From assembly GCA_965223845.1 (NCBI GenBank), contig CBDCXR010000004.1, positions 672,001 to 736,000 on the forward strand: a DNA stretch of 64,000 bases, in the 5' to 3' direction. Position numbers and translations under genes: made by a program. The notes beneath the pieces were generated by a model. The model saw only the letters and a list, made by a program, of their open reading frames with translations, made no database searches and had not been told where the DNA came from. The DNA is from Planctomycetota bacterium. GTDB lineage: Bacteria > Planctomycetota > UBA8108 > SXIK01. Of the stretch, positions 58,454 to 64,000 are shown piece after piece (position 1 is the stretch's first letter; every line of letters begins with the position of its first letter).

Positions 58454-60772
58454 TCAGCTCTCGTCGGTCGGCGGGAGCTCGTCGTCCCAAGGCAGCCGGG
58501 AGAGCTCGGCGTGGTCCTCGCGGTTGTCGCCGAGCCGCTTGAGAATGTCGACCAGCGCCGTACGAAGTTGACGATCTTCACGAAAATCCTGAGCTTCGTC
58601 GCGGTTGTTCGCGTCCTCGACGAGGCGCCGCGAGAGCTCGCGGAGCGCGCGCCGCACGTCGTCCTTCGGCGCTTTCGTCCCGAGCGACGTGTAGAGCGCG
58701 TCGCTCTCCGGATAGCGTTCGAGGCTCCCATCGTCGCCCTTCTTGTAGAGCTCGCGCAAGCTCGCCGCGTGCTTCGCGATGTATTCGGCGACTTTCTCCG
58801 ACCGTTGGACCCGCTCCATCTCCTCGGCGCGTTGCAAGCTGATCTTTTTCTCGGCGGCGATCTCGACGTCGGGTTTGACGCCGCCCTCGAGGACCTCGCC
58901 GTTCTCGTCGACGATCGTGTGCACGCAGCGACCGAGAGGAAGGAAGTAGTACTGGACAGTGAGGCGGAGCCGCGCTTCGCCGCCGAGGAGATTCTGACTT
59001 CGGCGCGAGAGCTTGATCAGACGCTGCACACTTCCCTTCCCGTACGTCTGTCGTCCGAGGATGCGCGCCCGGCCGTAGTCTTGGAGAGCGCCCGCGACGA
59101 TCTCCGACGCGCTCGCGCTGTGCTCGTTCACGAGGACGATCATCGGATACTCGGGCCGGGCGAAGTCGTCGGGCATCGTGTGAAACTCGTCCTCGCCGCT
59201 TCCCTTCTGCGTGACGATCGGCAGCTCTCCGGCGACGAACTGATCGACGATCGCGGTCGCCTGTCGTAGCTCGCCGCCCGGATTGTCGCGAAGGTCGACG
59301 ATGAGGGCGCGCATCTCTTTCTTCTCGAGCGCGTCGACGGCTTGCGTGAACTCAGACGCCGCGTTGTAGCCGAACTGCGTGAGACGCACGTAGCCGACGT
59401 TTCCCGGGAGCATGTCGGAGTAGAGAGACGGTACCTTCACGCGTCCGCGGACCACGGCGTAGTCGGAGGTCCCCTCGACGCCGGGGCGCCGGATCGTCAG
59501 GGTGACTTTCGAATTCTTGGGCCCCTTCAACTTGCCGACGACTCCCTCCATGTCGAGCGAAGTGAGCTCTTCGCCGTCGATGTGCGTGACTCGATCACCG
59601 GCGCGTACCCCCGCGCGGTGCGCCGGTCCCCCGTAGAGAACCTTAGGGATGTGGAGCGGCGCGTCCGACGCCTTGTAAATGTGCGCGCCGATCCCGTAGT
59701 ACTCGCCCGCCATGGACTCGTCGAATTCCTTCGTATCGCTCACTCCGAGGAACGACGAGAAGGCGTCGAGACGTTCGACCATCCCTTCGATCGCACCGAG
59801 GAAGAGATCCTTTCTCGACGTCCGCTTCGGCTGGACGTACGAGGATTGAATCTTCTCGACGATCTCCTCGAAAAGCGACGAGTACGGATCTGAGCTCGGC
59901 GCACCTTCGCCGCCGGCGGCGACTCCCGCGCGGGCCGCCTCGAGCTCGCGCTCGAGCTCGAGGATACGTTTCTCCTTTACGGCGAGAAGCTTCTGCGGAT
60001 TGACCCCCTCGAGGAGAACTTCACCGGAGTCGATCTTCCGGTCGAGCTGACGACTGAGCTCGACGATGTGATCGAGGCTCGCCGCGCGGCGGCCCTGAGC
60101 GCTCGGCTCGTCGCGAAGTCCGCGGAGAATGTCCTTCACCGCACCGTCGAAGTAATCCATCTCCGCGAGGGCGAGCGCCGCTTCGCGCCGGACGCCCAGG
60201 TCCCGAGCGGCGAGGTAGCGAACGAGCTTGTCGCGGGCGCTCGTCACGTGGTCGAGGTTCCAAAGCGCGCGCGCAAACGCGATCACCGCACGAGGAGCCG
60301 TCGCTGCGCCGAACTGCTTTTCGAGAAGCTCGCGGTCCTCTTCGGGGTCGCCGTAAAGGCCGAGGAGCTGCGCGGAGGACACGCGGACTTCGCGGTCGCG
60401 CGACTCAACGAGCGATCTCACCGTGAGGAGGGCCTGGTCGGCGTCCGTGTCGTCCTCGCCGTCGAGGAGCACCTTCGCGCAGGCGAGGCGCACGCGGTCC
60501 GCGCCGCGGTCGAGGGAGCGCCGAACCTCGGGGAGCGCCGTGTCGCCGAGCTCGGCTAGGCGCGCGACGCGCGTCCAGTACGCGTCGCCGCTCAGCTTCT
60601 CGAGTTGCTGGAGGAACGTCCGAACCCGAGCGTCGCCGTCCGTGTCGAGGGCGGGTTCCGCCGCGATCGCGCCTCGCGAACCCGAACCGAACTCGATGGC
60701 GGCGAAAGCGACGGCGATGGCGACGAGCGGGAGCGCGGCGGGGCGCGCGCGGGAAATTCGCGAAGCGGACAT
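58454..60772 (-). CDS. S41 carboxyl-terminal processing protease with PDZ domain and N-terminal HEAT-repeat extension
   Basis: Signal peptide, HEAT-like repeats (VRVSSAQLLG, VRREAALALA), GIG PDZ, DLRDNPGG, SASASEI, TYGKGSVQ. Confidence 0.88.
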   Translation of the reverse strand: MSASRISRARPAALPLVAIAVAFAAIEFGSGSRGAIAAEPALDTDGDARVRTFLQQLEKLSGDAYWTRVARLAELGDTALPEVRRSLDRGADRVRLACAKVLLDGEDDTDADQALLTVRSLVESRDREVRVSSAQLLGLYGDPEEDRELLEKQFGAATAPRAVIAFARALWNLDHVTSARDKLVRYLAARDLGVRREAALALAEMDYFDGAVKDILRGLRDEPSAQGRRAASLDHIVELSRQLDRKIDSGEVLLEGVNPQKLLAVKEKRILELERELEAARAGVAAGGEGAPSSDPYSSLFEEIVEKIQSSYVQPKRTSRKDLFLGAIEGMVERLDAFSSFLGVSDTKEFDESMAGEYYGIGAHIYKASDAPLHIPKVLYGGPAHRAGVRAGDRVTHIDGEELTSLDMEGVVGKLKGPKNSKVTLTIRRPGVEGTSDYAVVRGRVKVPSLYSDMLPGNVGYVRLTQFGYNAASEFTQAVDALEKKEMRALIVDLRDNPGGELRQATAIVDQFVAGELPIVTQKGSGEDEFHTMPDDFARPEYPMIVLVNEHSASASEIVAGALQDYGRARILGRQTYGKGSVQRLIKLSRRSQNLLGGEARLRLTVQYYFLPLGRCVHTIVDENGEVLEGGVKPDVEIAAEKKISLQRAEEMERVQRSEKVAEYIAKHAASLRELYKKGDDGSLERYPESDALYTSLGTKAPKDDVRRALRELSRRLVEDANNRDEAQDFREDRQLRTALVDILKRLGDNREDHAELSRLPWDDELPPTDES

Positions 60773-61385
60773 CCGGGGTGCGTTCCTTCGAATTGGGGGG
60801 AGAGGACGGTCTCGCGAGACCAGGTTGCGTTCGACGGGGTCGGCAGCGGCGTCGAACTTGCGGCGGAGGACGACAGTTATCGTAAGGAGTCGCCGACACC
60901 CGGCAAGGCGGCATCCGCGGCGGATGCTCCGTTTTTCGCTCCGTCCGTTTCTTGCGACGGGCGCGAGCGGGCGTCCGGCGATTCGCGGAGAGCGCTCGAG
61001 TGGGAGCCGCACGGCTGAGGTGGTAAGCTCCCGAAAGCCCGCCCCCCGCGCCGTCGGCGAGTGTCGACCGACGTCTCGATCTTCCTCTGCTCGCTGAGAG
61101 TGATCGGTCCTTTCGGTCTGCGGCTGCAGGCTCTTCCGGTCTGCCGCGTCTCGAGGCGCGCGCGGACGGCGACCGGACCCGGCGCGCGGAGGGTGAGCGA
61201 GATCGTCTCGATCCTCCGTCCCGAGGATCGTCGCCGCCGTCGGCTCTCGGCCCCTCGCGATTGCGATGGAGTGCGGTATGCGAGACGAATTGACGGCGGG
61301 GCCCGGCTCGTGCGGGCGCGGAGACGCAACGGGGGAAGGACTGCCGGGGCGCGACGGCGAGGCGGAGCGCGAGCGCCCCCCGGCG

Positions 61386-62951
61386 ATGGTCCGCGTTCTG
61401 AGCGGAGATTTTTTCGGCCTCGAGGGGCGTCCGGTCGAGGTTCAGGTCGACGTCTCCCGGCGCGGCGCGGCGTGCGTGACCGTGGTCGGTCTTCCGGGAA
61501 AGTCGATCCGCGAGAGCCGCGAACGCATCCGCGCGGGGATCGGCAACTCCGGCTACCGGTTCCCGCACCAGAGCCGAGTCCTGATCAACCTCGCGCCGGC
61601 GGCGGAGCAGAAGGACGGCTCGGGCTTCGATCTCGCGATCGCGGTCGGGATTCTCGTCGCGAGCAGTCAACTCCGCCCCGGCCGCGGCTGGCTGCGCGAG
61701 GACGCGGTTCTCGCGGGCGCCGGATTCCTCGGAGAGCTTGGACTCCAGGGCGAGCTCCGTCCGATCACGGGCGCTCTGATCGCGGCCGACGGGCTGCGCC
61801 GAGCGGGAGTCGCGCGGGTCGTCGTTCCGAGCGAAAACGCCGCCGAGGTGAGCCACCTCGAGGCGCTCGAGGTCCATCCCGCCGCGGAGCTGCGCGAAGT
61901 GCTCTCGCTCCTCCGGCTCCCCGTCGACGCGCTCCGCCCGCCGGAACTCGATCGGCGTCCGCGGCAGCCGAACTCACTCATCGCCGATGGCGATTTCGCC
62001 GATGTGCGCGGACAAGAGTCGACGAAGCGCGCGCTCTTTCTCGCCGCGGCCGGAGGTCACAACACGATCTTGTCCGGTCCGCCCGGCGTCGGGAAGACGA
62101 TGCTCGCCCGTCGGCTTCCGGGGATCCTCCCGCCGCTTTCGCGCGAGGACGCGCTCGCCGTGCTCCGGGTTCGGAGCGTCGTCGGCGAGGCCGTCGACCG
62201 TTCGGACGAGCTCGCACCACCGTTTCGGAGCCCTCACCACACGACGAGCTACGCGGGACTCGTCGGCGGCGGCTCGACCGTGCGTCCCGGCGAAGTCACG
62301 CGCGCGCACGGGGGTGTCCTTTTTCTCGATGAGATCCCGGAGTTCCAGCGCCGGGCCCTCGAAGCGCTGCGCGAGCCCCTCGAGGAAGGATGGATTTCGA
62401 TCGGGCGGAGCACGGGCTGCGTCCGCCTTCCCGCTCGACTCCTTCTCGTCGCCGCGATGAATCCCTGTCCGTGTGGATATCTCGGGCATCCGCGCCGCGC
62501 GTGTCGCTGCACGCCACCCCGGGTCCAGAGCTACCGGGAGCGCATTTCTGGCCCGCTCCTCGATCGCGTGGATCTCTTCGTCGACGTGCCCCCGGTCGCG
62601 CCGCGCGAGATCCTCCGGCCGACTTCCGGTTCGCCGAATGTGAGCTCGCGCGAGTTTCGCCGCGCGGTGATCGCCGCCCGCGAACGTCAGCGTCGGCGCT
62701 GGGGCTCCGATCGAACGAACGCTACGATCTCGTTTCGTTGTCTCCTCGAACGTGGCGGCGCGGCGCCGTCGGTCCTTCGCGATCTCGAGCGGCGCGCCGA
62801 GCGTCTCGAGCTTTCCGCTCGAGGCTTTTCGCGCGTTCTTCGTGTCGCGCGGACCATCGCCGACGCGGATCGCGGGGCGGCGGACGGAGTGGAGATCCGT
62901 CACCTCGACGAGGCGCTCTACTACCGCGGGTGGGCCGCGGCAACAAACTGA
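61386..62951 (+). CDS. comM: ComM/YifB family Mg-chelatase-like AAA+ ATPase
   Basis: VVGLP, INLAPA, FDLAIA, GELGL.G, GPPGVGKTMLA, PFRSPHH, PGEVTRAH.GVLFLDE, MNPCPCG, SGPLLDR. Confidence 0.92.
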   Translation: MVRVLSGDFFGLEGRPVEVQVDVSRRGAACVTVVGLPGKSIRESRERIRAGIGNSGYRFPHQSRVLINLAPAAEQKDGSGFDLAIAVGILVASSQLRPGRGWLREDAVLAGAGFLGELGLQGELRPITGALIAADGLRRAGVARVVVPSENAAEVSHLEALEVHPAAELREVLSLLRLPVDALRPPELDRRPRQPNSLIADGDFADVRGQESTKRALFLAAAGGHNTILSGPPGVGKTMLARRLPGILPPLSREDALAVLRVRSVVGEAVDRSDELAPPFRSPHHTTSYAGLVGGGSTVRPGEVTRAHGGVLFLDEIPEFQRRALEALREPLEEGWISIGRSTGCVRLPARLLLVAAMNPCPCGYLGHPRRACRCTPPRVQSYRERISGPLLDRVDLFVDVPPVAPREILRPTSGSPNVSSREFRRAVIAARERQRRRWGSDRTNATISFRCLLERGGAAPSVLRDLERRAERLELSARGFSRVLRVARTIADADRGAADGVEIRHLDEALYYRGWAAATN

Positions 62952-63081
62952 ACGACCTCTTCCCGGTGACGTCTCGCGCCTACGCGGGTATCATGCAGGG
63001 GTCTTACGCGGGGAGGCGCAACGTACGAGGCGTCGCTCCGCGCGTTCCGTTCACCGCCTCATTTGGGGGAAGATTCAGGCC

Positions 63082-63225
63082 ATGCTCTTCGGCTGGTCCT
63101 TTCCGAAGCTGATGATCGTGCTCAGCATCGGTTTTCTTCTCTTCGGCGTTCCGACTCTCGCGTACATCGTCGCGAAAGTCCGCCGACGGCGGGAAGCGCG
63201 CACCGTCGCGGCTCGTCCGCGGTGA
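63082..63225 (+). CDS. small membrane protein with TatA-like N-terminal helix
   Basis: MLFGWSFPKLMIVLSIGFLLFGVP... with a G-rich RBS and a basic C-terminal tail. Confidence 0.45.
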   Translation: MLFGWSFPKLMIVLSIGFLLFGVPTLAYIVAKVRRRREARTVAARPR

Positions 63226-63406
63226 GACGCGCGGCGCGGCGGGTCCCCGAAGAGCGCCGGTGAGCGGCACCGGCGCATCCGTCCGCGTACCGAGCGATTC
63301 GTCGGGTGCCGAACGCGTTCGGACGGGATCGCGCGGCGGATGAGCGGAGATCTCGATTTCCGGCTCGAGGTGAAGTGTTCCGGTTGAATTTGACGAGGCG
63401 TCGAGA

Positions 63407-64000
63407 ATGAGCGGTGTACGCGTGGCGGTCGCAGGGGCGACCGGTGCCGTGGGGCGGGAGATGCTGGATGTGCTCGAGCGGCGAGAGTTTCCCGTGCGGG
63501 AGCTCGTGCTCCTCGCGTCGTCGCGATCGAAGGGGCGCCGCCTCGAGTTCCGCGGTGAGGAGATCGAAGTCGGCGTCCTCGCGCCGGGATCGTTTCGCGG
63601 GGTCGATCTCGCGCTTTTCTCCGCGGGTGGATCTACCGCGAAGGAATTCGCCCCGCACGCCGTCGATGCCGGAGCGGTCGTCGTCGACAACTCGTCCGCG
63701 TTCCGCTACGAGCCGAACGTTCCGCTCGTCGTCCCGGAAGTGAACGCCGACGCGCTCGGGTCGCACCCCGGAATCGTCGCGAACCCCAATTGCTCGACGA
63801 TCATCATGCTCGTCGCCATCGCGCCGATTCACCGGCTCTCGCCCCTCGAGAGGGTCTTCGCGGCGACGTATCAAGCGGCGTCCGGCGCCGGCGCGGCGGG
63901 AATGGAGGCGCTGCGCCGCGAGGCGGCGGGTGAGGGTGCGGCCGACGGTGCGAAGTGCGCGGATTCGCCGTTTCCCCACCGGCTGAGTGGAAACGTCGTT
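63407..64000 (+). CDS. asd: aspartate-semialdehyde dehydrogenase (3' truncated by window edge)
   Basis: Not in the ORF track. Translation from ATG 63407 gives MSGVRVAVAGATGAVGREM...LFSAGG...VVDNSSAFR...VVPEVN...ANPNCSTI...TYQAASGAG. Confidence 0.95.
   Translation, partial: MSGVRVAVAGATGAVGREMLDVLERREFPVRELVLLASSRSKGRRLEFRGEEIEVGVLAPGSFRGVDLALFSAGGSTAKEFAPHAVDAGAVVVDNSSAFRYEPNVPLVVPEVNADALGSHPGIVANPNCSTIIMLVAIAPIHRLSPLERVFAATYQAASGAGAAGMEALRREAAGEGAADGAKCADSPFPHRLSGNVV

Noticed and set aside
60773-61385. Possible small gene or ncRNA between the S41 protease and comM
   Set aside because: No ORF with a credible RBS or composition, and no recognisable RNA motif.

Overview
64 kb of GC-rich bacterial chromosome, most likely Planctomycetota. 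The placement is inferred from a TIGR04138-like protein, a PurS-fused PurL, and a split cytochrome b next to a giant multiheme cytochrome c. No mobile elements or CRISPR arrays were seen. Content in order: (1) 1-15.7 kb is a respiratory cluster with split cytochrome b, an octaheme cytochrome c, HemG/HemY, a putative type-1 copper lipoprotein, an A2-type heme-copper oxidase (II, I, III), CtaA, CtaB, SCO and DUF420. (2) 15.9-20.4 kb has a GT87-like membrane glycosyltransferase converging on three tandem, nearly identical secreted single-domain vWA genes. Each vWA gene has its own copy of a bipartite motif G(T/C)GCAAG-N16-CCGTCT that looks like an ECF-sigma promoter, and two have their own terminator. 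This is the most unusual system in the window. (3) Housekeeping genes: def, ribF, gcvT-H-PA-PB, accA, purL/purQ, recJ, rpe, accD, tmk, holB, pgeF, comM, partial asd and tRNA-Val(GAC). (4) Accessory genes: a sigma54-driven type IV pilin with upstream palindromes and a structured leader, a pseudo-receiver beside a GGDEF protein, a BtuFCD-like ABC transporter with a radical SAM gene, two large orphan lipoproteins, a double zinc-ribbon membrane protein, and a HEAT-repeat S41 protease. All calls come from manual motif recognition; no database search was run.
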